Positions 12,242 through 25,139 of a stretch of 64,000 nt of DNA are shown here, one piece after another (position 1 is the first letter of the stretch; the number at the start of each line of letters is the position of its first letter). The stretch spans positions 1 to 64,000 of the forward strand of contig JAAOMT010000400.1 of the NCBI GenBank assembly GCA_016748015.1. Reading direction: 5' to 3'. The position numbers and the translations under genes are program-made. The notes below the pieces were generated by a model, which worked only from the letters and a program-made list of their open reading frames with translations, ran no database searches and was not told the DNA's origin. Source of the stretch: Geosiphon pyriformis uo1 (taxonomy: Eukaryota > Fungi > Glomeromycota).

Positions 12242-15200
12242 TTTTTTTTTCTCTTGTCAATCTTCTGACCATAATGAGAGTGAAATATATACCAAAATTA
12301 TAGTTTTTTTTTCTTTTTTTCTGTTTTTTCTTTAGTTATTTTTTCAAATACACCTTTATTTATTACAATAAAACCAGTAAGCTTGTCTGTTAATGGCTCT
12401 AGCTCTGGCTTGACTGGTTTAGAGACCCACTTTAACACTAAAAAGAAGTATATAGAGAGTGTTTACTTTCACAGTACATTATTTAAAAAGCCAAAAAAGC
12501 CTGAAACTGGTGGTGTTGTGGTCGACTTGTTTACTAGCTTTATTAGTTTAGAGGATATTGTGGGCTCTGATATTAAATCTATAGTGTCTTAGAAAAATAA
12601 CATTGATAGCATTATAAGTAGTATTAATAGTCTTTTGGATATTGAAAATATGAAAAACACAGTTATGAAAGAGACCAGTTATGTTAATTTGGATACTTTA
12701 GTGAATGACAAGATAATAGATAACACTATATTAAGAAAAATCTACATTTGCACATATGTATTGGGTTACTTACCAGAAGTGCTGAAATTTGATGTAATAA
12801 ATAATAATAACAACATATTGAATCTTTTATCTCTTAGATTTGCTGGCTTTAAGCAATTGCTAATTGATAAGTTACAAATTCTGGAAAAACATAATTTTTG
12901 TGCTGGTTAAGTCTTTTGCATTAAATATTAAATTATCAGCTGTACTTGACAAAACCAATAGAGATAAATTGTTTTCTATTAAAAAAATTTTTTATTATAT
13001 TAATGGTTTGGAAAAGCTTTAACTCCCTTAAAATTGTCTGGTATTATAAGATCTACTTTTATTTCTGAATTGAGTTTAGACAAAGCTAAAAATCTAGCTA
13101 TTAGTGAAAAAATTTTGGTCAATAATAATATTAAAAAAGTAACAATTATTTAGATCAAGAAATAATTGTTAAGGAAATTCCAGTCGATTTTTTAAAGTTG
13201 GCTGTAAAGTCAGTCTTTTTTAAATTTAATAAAATTGTATTAATCAAGATACAACTGATTGGTTTTTGGCAAAAGATCCTAGTAGAGTATAAATTATCTA
13301 AAATAGCTAATTTGGTTGCAGTTAGATAATTTGTGCTTATGGAAAAAGACTCTGTTCATATAGTAAAAACAATTGGTGATAAACAAATATGAGTATTCAG
13401 AAATCAGTATTAAGCTTTGTTGTATACTTTGCCTGTTAGGACTACTGCTTATGATCTCTTTGATTTGTTGGATTCTTATGATAGGAAAACCTGTTTTATT
13501 GGTTATAATCCAAATTTATATGTGTGTAATAGATATGTAATAGTTTGTTTTTTTGATAAAACATCTAAGTTGGCTGCTATTGATTCTGTTTTAGTTTTTA
13601 AGAGTGTGAATTTGCATTGGACTGGTCTGTTTTTGGCTTATTATGCACAATGTAAACAATTTAGTCATGTTTTTAGTATATATTCTGTAGATAAAAATTC
13701 TGTTGTTTGTAGTAAATGTGTGGTGACTTTTCAGGATCAAACATATTTAGCCAACATATATAAGAAAAAACAAGTGCCAATTGTCTGTTCAGTGTCTTTT
13801 GGTGGTAAAACATGGGCCTAAGTTGTTCTATTTCTCATATGGTGCTTTTGGTTTCTCCTAATATTGGTTTGTTTTTAAATAATAAATCTCTTTTGCTGGT
13901 TTCTTTGGAAATAAATAATAGGTTTGTTACTCTTAAGTGCAGTCTTGCCAGTTTTATGAAGAAAGTATACAAGCTGGCTAAGAAATTAGATACACTTATG
14001 TTAATAGTTTCCCAGCCTAGTCCTGGATGTCAGCTATTAGTGATCTTTTCATTACAAAATTAAGGGGTAGATACAGTAATAAGTAAGAGTTCAGATGTAG
14101 CCACTAGTAGTAAAACTATTGTAGAAGCAGTAAATATTAATACTTTGGTTGTTTCGAGACTAGAAGAGACTTTGAACAGCTTATTAAATACAATTATGGG
14201 CCTGATAACCAAAATAGACAATACTGGCTTGAGTATAAAAGATCTCTTTTCTCAATAACAGATCTAGTTTGGGAATTTGCTATGTGCAATGTCCAAAGCA
14301 TTAATGTTTTTGCAAAGCAGGAAGACATTATTTGTTGGCATAAAAAATCAGGTAATTTGGTTTTTATTATTACTGAAATAAAGTTAAAGTCTAGTATTAG
14401 ACCATAAATTATGGATAAGTTTGATGAGATAAGGGTCTTTTTATCTGGTTTGAACAAAGAGTTTCTTGGTGCTGGAATGGCAATTATTATGAACAATTTT
14501 CTGGCTTATCATGTATCTAAAATTAAAAAAGTTTCTGGTCATTTTATTTCAGTTTGGTTTCTCTTTAAAGACAAGCTCTCAATTAGAATTTTGGATTTGT
14601 ATATTAAAGCCAGATTTGATCAGACTGCAGGAATCAACTTTTTTATTGCTAAGGCTATTAACTCCAGCACTTTTATGGTTCTGAGTGAGAATTTCAATAA
14701 AAATGGGTCTAAAAAGAATACAAGTTTCAAATTCTACTTGAATCTGAATTTAATCAATTTTTTTGGTAAATATCTGCTGGTCAAAGTTTTTACTTAGAGC
14801 AATTCAAAGGGTGCTAAAAAAGTCATTGATTATATTTTTGTAAATAAGAGTCTGTTATCTGTGATGGCCAATCATATAATCAATCTCATTTCAGAGTTTT
14901 TTGATACAAATTACAAGACTGTTTTGGTTTTAATTAGTTTGGGTGGTCTCTTAAATGTTTGGTTGAATAGTTTATACAAACAGACTAACAAAGATTATTG
15001 GAAGTTCAAAATTAAGAATGTAAACAATACCAAATAGGCAAGATTTAAAGATTGTGCTTTAATCAGACTTTTAATAATAGAGACTGGGTTTTTTGTGGCT
15101 AGTGTTTGTAGTAATTTGAATACTATATGGGAGTTGTTGGAGAAGATAATAGTGGAATCAGCTAATGAAACATTTTTTAGATATTGGTTCAGTAAATTTG

Positions 15201-17315
15201 AATATTCTAGAAACAAACACTCTTCAAAATTTTTTGGGTTGGAATTGTTAATTGCCAAAATTGTTAAGAAGTTAAGCTCAGATAACATGCTTGAAATTAA
15301 TTATCTTGCTAAAAAATGGGCAACTTTGGATGGTAATAAGGCTTTTAAGATTATGAACATAATTCAGAATAGTAAAAGTTCAATAGTTGTTCTTAAACAT
15401 TTGTTAATAGTTTGTAAAAAATACAGAAAGTTCAAGCTTTATAAGTCAAAATTAATTAAGAAAGTGTTTATTAGAAAAAAAATTTAAAAGCACATAGAAA
15501 GTTTTTGTTCTAATAAAAAGGGCATAATCAAAAATATTTTGGACTGGTTCTTTTACAAGATGGTTTTGGATCACTTAGTAATAGAAAATGAGTTGGTGGT
15601 TGAGCCTAATAAAGTAAAACTTAAGGTGGATAAAATTATGGAAGAGTAGATAAAGAAATAGTCAGTGCTCCCAAAGATGTCTGATCTTTAGACTTGTCAA
15701 TATATGTCTTTGAACTATGTTAATGATGGTACTTTTTCTGGTGTAATAAAAGAGATTGATATAAAAAAGCTGTCTTTATTTGTTAATAATTTGCTGAATA
15801 ATAAGGCTGCCAGGTTATTAAAAATATCTAATAAACTTTGGAAAAATTATAGTATAGAGGTGTTGGTTTGTCTTTTAAGGCTATTGAATTTGTGTTTGAC
15901 TTTGAGTGTAATTTTAATTCCTCAAAAAAAAGTGTGGGTTTTGATAATCCCAAAATTTTATAAATAGAATAACATTTTGATAAATACTAAGCCTATTGCA
16001 CTAATTAAGACTGTTCAGAAGATATTATTTAAGATCTTTTCTAATAAAATCTTTTTGGCATACAGCAAATTTGATGTTTTTTGTAGTGATAATTTTTTGG
16101 TGTTAAAAGATACTTCAACTCAATCTCTTATTTTTGTTATTGGGTCAGTTGTTGAGAATGGTCTGGAGAAAAACAAAGAGCTTTAATTGGTGTTGTAAGA
16201 CATATGTAAAGCTTATAATTTAGTGGACTGGCAACATTTAAAGACTAGTTTGCACTGCATTAAAATGTGCAATCAGTTTATCAGGTTTTTTGGCAGTATT
16301 CATAAAGATTGTATTAATAGAGTAATGATAAATTTTGGACTCTCAAGTAGTTATAAGATATATGATGGCTTGAATTAGGATGAAATTTTTTCTTTATTTC
16401 TTTGAAAAATTTTCTATGACCCACTTTTATGTAAGATGAAAAGGCATAAGCACTTATGTAAATACTATATTGATAATAAATTTGTGGCAAAAACTGGTAA
16501 GGTTGAGACTGTTAAAGAAAAAGCTTTTTTTTTAGCAATTGGTGCTTTTGTCAATAACACAATTTGGGTTGGAAATTTTCAAGCTTCTACATAATATATT
16601 TTAAATATTGTCAGTAAGTTTTTTGTTGTTAATAACATTTTAATTAATAATGATAAGACAGTGGCTATTCTCATTAATTAAGATATTAAGTTTGCATCAT
16701 TGTTAATTAATAATTTATCTATCTCAATTGCCAAAAAAGATAAGTTACACAGGTACTTGGGCATTTTTTTATCCACTAAGAGTCTCTTTAAACTTAATTT
16801 GGCTCAGATTTATGTAAATGTTCAGTTTTTCTTAAATGTGATATTAAGGAAGACCATTACAGATAAACAATTTTCTTACTTGGTTTCAGCTGTTTTGTAG
16901 TCTATAGTTAGCTATTAAATGCAATTTAGTTTTGTTTTAATGAGTGTGTGTCACAAGTAAGATATGATAGTTAGAAAATGTCTTAAGGCCAAGGCCAGTT
17001 TGCTCTGTAACTTTCCCAATGAAGTTTTATATTATTTAATTCTGTATGGTTTGAAATCTTTTGAGCAAATGTAATCTAAAGGGAAGTTGGCTTTATTGGT
17101 TTCTTTTTCCAATGTTCATGGTATTTTTGGATGTCTTTTTAAGCATAAATTTTTGGATTTACAGGTTTTAAGATAGTATTCTTTGAATTCTTTACAGTTT
17201 TCTGTCAAGTTACATGTTAGTTCAGTAAATAATTTTTTGGCTGGCATGGTAAAAATTTTTTTGGAAAATGAGTTGTTTTTAATAAACAACTTGTCTATTG
17301 CTTTTTGCAAACCAA
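12242..17315 (+). mobile_element. L1-like LINE copy C, 5' part (ORF1, APE, RT), split by a gypsy insertion
   Basis: ORF1 remnants 12368-14258 (CKQFSH knuckle, SFGGKTWA). APE from ~14255 (FAMCNVQSINVFAKQEDII). RT remnants 15970-16660 (KPIALIK, FVNNTIW). Confidence 0.9.
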
Positions 17316-18037
17316 TGTTATTTATAGAATATAGGAAGTATATTAGCATATAAATTAGCCAATCAGAAGTAGTCATAGTAAATGTGGAATTCCAGAATTT
17401 CTCTTAAAGGAATTGCAAGATTCCAAGAATCTCAGAATTCTTAATATAAAGAATTGAAGAATCTCAATTATGTATATATATCAGTAGTATTAGAAGTAGA
17501 AAAAACAGACCTCTCAGTTTAGATTTAATCTAAGTGATCTTTCAACTCACAAATATTAATAAAATAATTATTATCTATTTCAAATTTACTCTCCACTATC
17601 AACACTTCATATTGATAGTAATTGATACTTAACCACACTAAAACAATAGCTCTTAATCATGGCTATTGACAGAATACTAATCATTATTTGCCTTGGCTTA
17701 TTTCTTATTTTTTTTCCTTGTTGTTATTTATTAATTGATTAAAAGATTAAGTACTGAAATACAAACATCATAAAGACTGGTAAGAAATCTGTGAAACAAA
17801 GATAGAACACTCATAGATTTAAGGATAGCTTACCAAGAGAATTACTGACCACTATGTTGAAAAAAAAATTTGACAGAATTGTGATTCTGGAAGGCTACTG
17901 AAACAACAATTAAATCTCTGTTCATTATACAAAGATTTCCACAACAAAATCTTCAGATACCAACACCAAAATATCAATCAAGCACCAAGTTACAGGTTTG
18001 TTATTTGATTTGAGACCCCAAATAATTACTTGTAGCA
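17316..18037 (+). repeat. 5' LTR of element X1
   Basis: TGTTA...TGTAGCA. CCAAT at 17359 and TATATATA at 17473. Near-identical to 31122-31805. Confidence 0.93.
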
Positions 18038-18039
18038 TT

Positions 18040-18057
18040 TGGTGCTCCCTATAAGAT
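18040..18057 (+). promoter_or_regulatory. Primer binding site, tRNA-Ile(UAU)-type (G>A decayed)
   Basis: TGGTGCTCCCTATAAGAT, 2 nt after the LTR end. Compare the intact TGGTGCTCCCTGTGAGAT at 21887. Confidence 0.8.
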
Positions 18058-18099
18058 ATAATCCTACAAAAAACTGGTGCCAACAACAATCATTCAAAA

Positions 18100-21000
18100 G
18101 TGGCAGAATCAAAAATCATAGGAGCAAACCATTTAGAATTCGCCAAATCCTTGTTTCAACAGTACAGCCAACAATTAAGATTGAACAATAACTATTTCCC
18201 AGCAGAATCAGCCTTTAACTTCTACATCAATGATAAAATTACAGACTGTTTAAGAGGAACAGTTAACATTGAATCCATAAGAGAAAATTTCTATACAGAA
18301 TTGTTTCAACATACTAGCTTACCAAAAAACTACAGTTTTGCACCAATCATCAGGGAAATCAATCAAACTATTGAAAGGTACACCCAACAACAATTCTTCA
18401 TTACTTATACAGACAAAGACAAAGAAAGATTGCAAACACCAGTGGTAATACCAAAACAGATACAACTACCTACTTGAAAGAAAACCAGAGTTAAATCACC
18501 AACCAATCCATCATACCATTATATACCAGAAAGTGCCATCAATATCTCTTCAACAGATGTGTTCACATCAAACATAATATCAACATTTGGATGACTCTCA
18601 TTTCAAAGTAAACAAAAAAAAGCAGAATTACTAAGAACCTATAGTGATTACTTTAAAAGATTTAAATCGCAATTACCAATGCCATCAGAATTCCGATCAC
18701 TATCATCTCAACCAGATTTTAGAAACACAAGTCCTTGGGAGATAATGGCATTAGAAGAAGAGAAAGAAGAGATTCAAAAATTTAATTATTAAAATCTGAT
18801 TGCAGATTTCCAACTTCGAATTATCAATCAAACCCAGAACTATATCAACCAAATTACCTACTTATAACACAACAGCCAATCTATCAACCACCAGTTTATT
18901 AACCAACAATACCAGTAGTTTATTAACCACAGTTTCAATCTATCTATTGGCCATAGCCTTAAGTAATATATCAACTCCAACCAATTTCAACACTACCAGC
19001 TCAGATGACATTAGGAAATTCCAGATCGAGAATTACCCAAAACTGGCAATTAGTAATGATTGTCTACTAACTGATTCTCAGCTCTTTAAACCAGCCATTA
19101 AAATCACACCAACAGAGTTCAGGAACTGGGTACACCCAAAATCCAAGTTTCTAGAACTATTTAAGTCTCCTGATAACTCCAGAAAACACCATATTTCACA
19201 ACTTGGAAACCAAACAAAAACAGCCACTTACCAACAATATTCTGCCAGCAACCATTACTGAGGACAAATTACTTACCACTATCTTCTCTTTTGAACTCGA
19301 AGAACCAGTTGAAATATTACTATTTAGTGGAGCTGCTCTCGAAAAAAACCCATCACTGCAATGTACACTGATGTCAAAGTTAATAGCCACTCCATCAAAC
19401 TGATTTTAGACAGTGGATCAATTGGCAGCATTATTATGAGACAACTTATGGACCAATTAAGTCACCAAGTTGATTAAGCTGCTAGTGCACAAATTATCAC
19501 TGCTAATGAAATGACCAAAACTCTGATCAGCAAAATTGATGACTTTCCTATAGAAGTCAACAGCATTATCATGCCAATTAAGATATTAGTTATGGAAGCC
19601 ACTCAATATCAAGCACTTATTAATAATAATTGGCTGTCCAAAACCAATGTAATACTTGATTGAAACACGCAGGAACTTCAACTTAACCAGAACAGTTGAC
19701 ACATATGTGTACCAGTTATGTGTGACTATTTCAAGACTATTAACACACCAGCACCTCTTATCAAATTTGAAGAAGAAGAGAAAAAACTGACCTGGAAAAC
19801 CTATCAAGTATTATGGACTGAAGGCGACCACAACAAGTTACTGCCAATACCCTTCTGAAATGACAACAGAAAAAAAAAACAAAAAAATGAACTTACTTGG
19901 AATGCTGACCAAGCCTGGAGAACTGACAATGACCTGAACAAATTATCAACTTGGGAGTGGGAAGAAAATACCAAAGAAAAAGAAAAAGAGTCAGCACCAA
20001 CTACTATTACCATTTATATTCCTTACACTTATACCATACCACCACCATCTAACTATCACTGACCAAAACTAGTATGCATTGACTGTGGCAAAAAGTTGTC
20101 CACAATGGACACATGCTGTGATAATGATAAAAAATGGCAGATGGCAACTAAATTTTATTGCCGTTTATATAATATTGAATGGTTTGGATGACCAAAAAGA
20201 CAAAGAAATGTGGAATGACATTCCTGGGAGAAAAGGAACATGTAACAAATCATGTCAGTACATGATTTTAATAAGTAACTGGATAAAAAAAAGAACATCA
20301 ATAGAAGCTGTCTGAAGAAGAGCAGTAAAACATCTGGACAATTGTCCATACAATGAGATATGATGAATAGCACTTGCCAAAATCAAAGATGTGTCATTAG
20401 AGGAAATCAGAATAGTGAAAAACAATTCTCCAAAACTCATAGAACTCAACTGGAACCCAGAACCAGTCATAAATCTTCTGAATCCAGAGCAATTCCATGA
20501 ACACTACCAAGAATTAGCACCCACTCAAGAAGAACAAAAACAATGCCTAGAAGAAATCAACATTTGACTATGTAACTACTGTTTAATTCCATATAACTTT
20601 CAATATTGTAATAAGTGTGACCTTATTTACAATCCACCACCATGTATAATCTACACAATTCCAGAAGAAGACAAACCAATCAGCAGCTGCGTATTGGAAT
20701 CAGAATCAACTTTCAATCCTGATTTAAACTCTGACAATGATGATGATAAAAACAATGGTTCCAGCTTCACTCAAAATAGCAACAAAAAATACAATGATTG
20801 AAACTCAGATTCAAACTCTAAACAATACATTGCACTTCTTGATCTCTCCAAGAAGCAAGAACTAAAATGGTTTAGTAATAATAACAAAAGTATTATACCA
20901 AAATGCATACATAATACCGATGTAGGATTTAATCTGAAATATCCAGGACAATATGCCATCAAATTGGAACCATATTCATACACTTGCATCAATCTGAAAA

Positions 21001-21108
21001 TAGCACTGGAAATTTCAGCAACAACAATGGTTCAATTAACATCTAGGAGCAGTTTAGCAAAAAAGAGAATCAACATCAGAAAAAGAATAATTGATGCAGA
21101 ATATGTAA
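18100..21108 (+). pseudogene. X1 gag (capsid deleted), aspartic protease, Cys-rich insert and N-terminal dUTPase
   Basis: Collinear with 21950-26998 except for a ~1.07 kb gap at ~18800. IKLILDSGS at ~19395-19420. dUTPase motifs DVGFNL, SRSSLAK and IIDAEY are cut off by the next LTR. Confidence 0.85.
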
Positions 21109-21884
21109 TATTACACATAGAATATAGGAAGTATATTAGCATATAAATTAGCCAATCAGAAGTAACCATAGTAAAATATGGAATTCCAGAATTTCTCTCA
21201 GAGGAATTGCAGGATTCCAGAAATTTCAGGATTCTTGTACAAAGAATCACAGAATTCCTGGTGTGAAGAATTGAAGAATTGAGAAATCTCAATTATGTAT
21301 ATATAGTGATAGCATTAGAAGTAAAAAAGACAGACTTTTCTGTTTAGATTTGATCTAAGCAATCTTTCCATTTACAAATATCAATAAACAATTATTCACT
21401 ATCTCCACTATTAATACTTTATGTTGATAATAATTAATACTTAACCACACTGGAACAATAGCTCTTGATCATGGCTATTGACAGGATACTAATCTGCAAC
21501 TACTTTGGTTCATTTTTCTTATTTTTTTTTATTTTTTTTTTATTTTTTTTGTTATTCTTTTGTTTTACTAATTGATTGAAGATTAAATGCTAAAGTTACT
21601 GACATCACAGATAGCCTGATAAAAAACCCAGAAATAAGAGTAAAATTATATATTAATGGATAACTTATCAAAAGGACACAACTGTCAGAATAAATCTGGC
21701 CACCAAGCTGAAAAAGAAATTGGGAAAGCAACTTAATAACAACAGCAATATCATCATTAAATCTCTGTCTATTATACAAAGAACTCCACAACAAAACCTT
21801 CAGAAACCAACATAATTACATTAATTAAATACCAAGTTATGGGTTTGTTATTTGCTTGGAGATCCCAAATAATTGCTTGTAACA
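21109..21884 (+). repeat. 5' LTR of nested element X2, inserted into the X1 dUTPase
   Basis: TATTA (from TGTTA)...TGTAACA. Homologous to 17316-18037 and followed by a PBS. Confidence 0.92.
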
Positions 21885-21886
21885 TT

Positions 21887-21904
21887 TGGTGCTCCCTGTG
21901 AGAT
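21887..21904 (+). promoter_or_regulatory. Primer binding site, tRNA-Ile(UAU)-type
   Basis: TGGTGCTCCCTGTGAGAT is complementary to ...AUCUCAC-AGGGAGC-A-CCA. This fits the CUCAC T-stem and GAGC-A acceptor end of eukaryotic tRNA-Ile(UAU). Confidence 0.8.
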
Positions 21905-24002
21905 ATAATTCTATAGAGAACCAGCACCAACAACCTCATTTAAACAGTAGCAGAATCCAAAAAAATAAGAACAAACCATTTGGGATTTGCAAAATCCTTA
22001 TTCCAACATTATCACATCTATCTCGGATTAACAAATAATAGTTGGTCAACAAAATTAGCTTTCAATTGCTATGTTAATAAGAAAATTGTATACCATTTAG
22101 AAGGCCAAAAAGATCCAGAATTCACCTTCAACAATTTTTTCAGTGAACTACTCTAAAGCACTATCCTTCCACAAAACTATTTATTTACACCACTAATCAC
22201 AGAAATAAACAGAAAAATTGAAAAATACACCAAATAAAGATTTTTCTATTATATTTGCTGACAAAAGAAAAGGAAGACTACAAATACCAGTAGGAACCCC
22301 AAAGCAAATCCAACTATCTACTTGGAAGAAACAAAGATTTGATTTATCTGCCAATCCATCTTATTATTACACATCTCAAAGCACTATTAATATAACATTA
22401 ACAGGCATGTCCACCATAAACATAACAACACTATTAAACAAAATTCTATTCCAAAATAAACAAAAGAAAACAGAGTTACTAGGAACATATAGTGATTACT
22501 TTGAGGGATTTAAATCATGATCTCTAATGCCATCAGAAATTTGATTACCACCACCACAACCAAATTTTGGAGCCATTAGTTCTTGGGAAATAACTGACTC
22601 TAAGGAAAAGAAAGGTAGCAATCAGGAAAATAGTAAACAGAACCTGATCTTAGAAAATCCAGAAATTGGGACTCTGGTTAATCAAAACCCAAAAAATCAG
22701 AATGATCGAAACCCCAACATTAATAATCAACAACACTTACCTCTGGTAATCATGATCAATTCACCACTAGCTCTACCAATCAACAATTAGCAACAGCAAC
22801 AGCCACAACCACCACCCCAGCAGCAACTACAACAACAACTTTACCCACCATTAGTTCAACAACAACAACTGATTATGCAAATGGCATATGTACCAATTGC
22901 CAAACTCAAAAAATTTATTGGCAAAGAAGATAATGCTCAGATTTGGCTTAATAATATCACCAAAGCAATCACTGCTAACAATTGGAATGACACCAGAGTC
23001 CTACAGGCCATTTCATATTTTTTGCAAGATACTGCTGATTCTTAGTATCAAAGCTTGATCAACAAACCTGTCACTTTCGACACATTTAAAACAGAGTTTT
23101 TGAGATATTTCAGCAACAATAATAGTATTAATTGCTTAGCTAACACTTTCACTACCATCTAACAAGGAAAAAATGAAGCAGTTACCACTTACTTGGGATG
23201 CTTCCACAGAAATTTGCATCAGATTCAGGCCATACAGACTGATTATTTCACAGTACCACAAATTTTAAATCAATTTATTAGAGGCCTGCACAGTAGCATC
23301 CTTCAACACATACATCCATTGTATTCAGCAGACCTTCAAGCCACCATTATAAATGCCAGAGATTTTAAAGCTGCTGAATTAAAAGCCAATCATGCCCAAG
23401 CTGTAAATCTAGTAATAAATGGATCATCTGACTTGAATTCTAAGTTGAAGCAGTTCAGTGATTCCATCAATCAGAAATTGAAAAGATACTTAGCTAATAT
23501 CAATCAAGCAATTTATCAACCACCACAACAATGCAGCAATCAAAAAAACTCCAATTGTTTCCAAAATCTACTATGTTTGACATTATCAACCAATTAACAG
23601 TGACAACAGAAAACATGCACTTGTTACTATTGTGGTAGACAAAGACACTTGCAAATTGACTGTTACCAATGTTTAAATAACCAATAATTGGGAAATTAAT
23701 ATTGAAACTCCAATTGCCAGTTTCAAATCCTGAGTTATCAATTAAACTTAGCTCCATATCAAACAACTTATATGCCACTGACACAGCAGTCAATGTATCA
23801 ATCACTTATATATCAAGCTTCAATTTATTAGTTAACAACACCTGTCATGTATTAACTGCAGTTTTAGCCTATCTATCAGCCACAGTCTCAAGTAATCTAT
23901 CAACCCCAACAAATTCAAACACTACCACAAAACTTACCTCAAAATGGAATCCAAAGACCAAGACTGACACAACAAAACTGGAAATTATCAATAGTAGTCC
24001 AT

Positions 24003-24883
24003 TGTTACAGATAATTATTTGGGGTCTCAAGTCAAATAACAAATCCGTAACTTGGTATTGAATTGGTATTCTGGTGTCAATATCTGAAGGTTTTGTTGTG
24101 GAGTCTTTTGTATAATAGACAGAGATTCAAGTGTTGTCTTTCCCATAGCCTTCCGGAATTACAATTCTGTCAAATTTTTTTTTCAGCATGGTGGCCAGTA
24201 ATCTTGGCAGAGATGCTCTTCTGATAAGCTATCCTTAAATTCTCAATTCCTATACCCTTCTTTTGGGGTCTTTTATCAGGCTATCTTTGACGTCAATAAC
24301 TCAGCACTTAATCTTTAATCAGTTTAGTAAAACCAATGAAATGACAAAACAAAAGAAATAAAAGAAAAAATAAAGAAATAAACAAAAGCAATTGCAAATT
24401 AGTATCCCATCAATAGCCATGATCAAGAGCTATTGTTTTTGTGTGGTTAAGTATCACTTACTATTAACATAAAGTGTTGATAGTGGAGAGTGAATTGAGA
24501 TAGTAAATAATTATTTATTGATATTTGTGAATGAAAGGTTGCTTAGATCAAATCTAAATTGAGAGGTCTGTCTTTTTTACTTCTAATGCTACCACTATAT
24601 ATACATAATTTGAGTTCTATGAAATTGCTCACATTCCCAAGCAATGTCCTATAATTTCTCAAGCAATGCTCACATTACTGAGCAATATGCCATATTTTTT
24701 TAACATCACTCCACATTGCTGAGTGATGTGCTGTGATTTCTGATATTGCTCCACATTGCTGAGCAATGTGCCATACTTTTTGACATTGCTCCACATTGCT
24801 AAGCAATGTGCTTATGTGCTAACTACTACTCTCCTATTGGTCTACTATTTTCCTATATCTGTTTTCCTTTTCTATAAGTAACA
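24003..24883 (-). mobile_element. Solo LTR (X-related subfamily) with TSD CCAT
   Basis: TGTTACA...GTAACA termini. CCAT at 23999-24002 and 24884-24887. The reverse complement matches R/U5 of the X LTRs. Confidence 0.93.
24620..24811. repeat. Five ~40-bp tandem units with the palindromic core CACATTGC-TGA-GCAATGTG, in LTR U3
   Basis: Consensus TGACATTGCTCCACATTGCTGAGCAATGTGCCATACTTTT, seen directly. Confidence 0.9.
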
Positions 24884-25139
24884 CCATCAACTGATCCCCA
24901 GTTTCTCAATTCAGCCATCAGAATCTTGACAACAGAATTCGAACACTGAATACACCCAAAACCTAAATGTCTAACAGTACTTAAGCCTTCTGGTTACCCC
25001 AGAAAACATCTTTCTTAACAACTGGGAACTCAACCAAAACAAATCACCCACTAACAATATACTTCTAATTACTATAACCAATGATGAATCACTAGCAGCA
25101 ATTTTTCTATTTGAATTTGAGGAACTATCACAAATACCA

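Larger units (their letters stand above)
21947..25139 (+). pseudogene. X2 gag (Q/P-rich linker, capsid-like region, CCHC knuckle), split by a solo LTR
   Basis: AYVPIAKLKKFIG...QIWLN at ~22880. VTTYLGCF...ILNQFIRGL at 23180-23290. CYYCGRQRHLQIDC at ~23622-23663. Confidence 0.85.

Noticed and set aside
24620-24811. CRISPR-like palindromic repeat array
   Set aside because: Units are contiguous with no unique spacers, there are no cas genes, and the array lies inside a TSD-flanked LTR.
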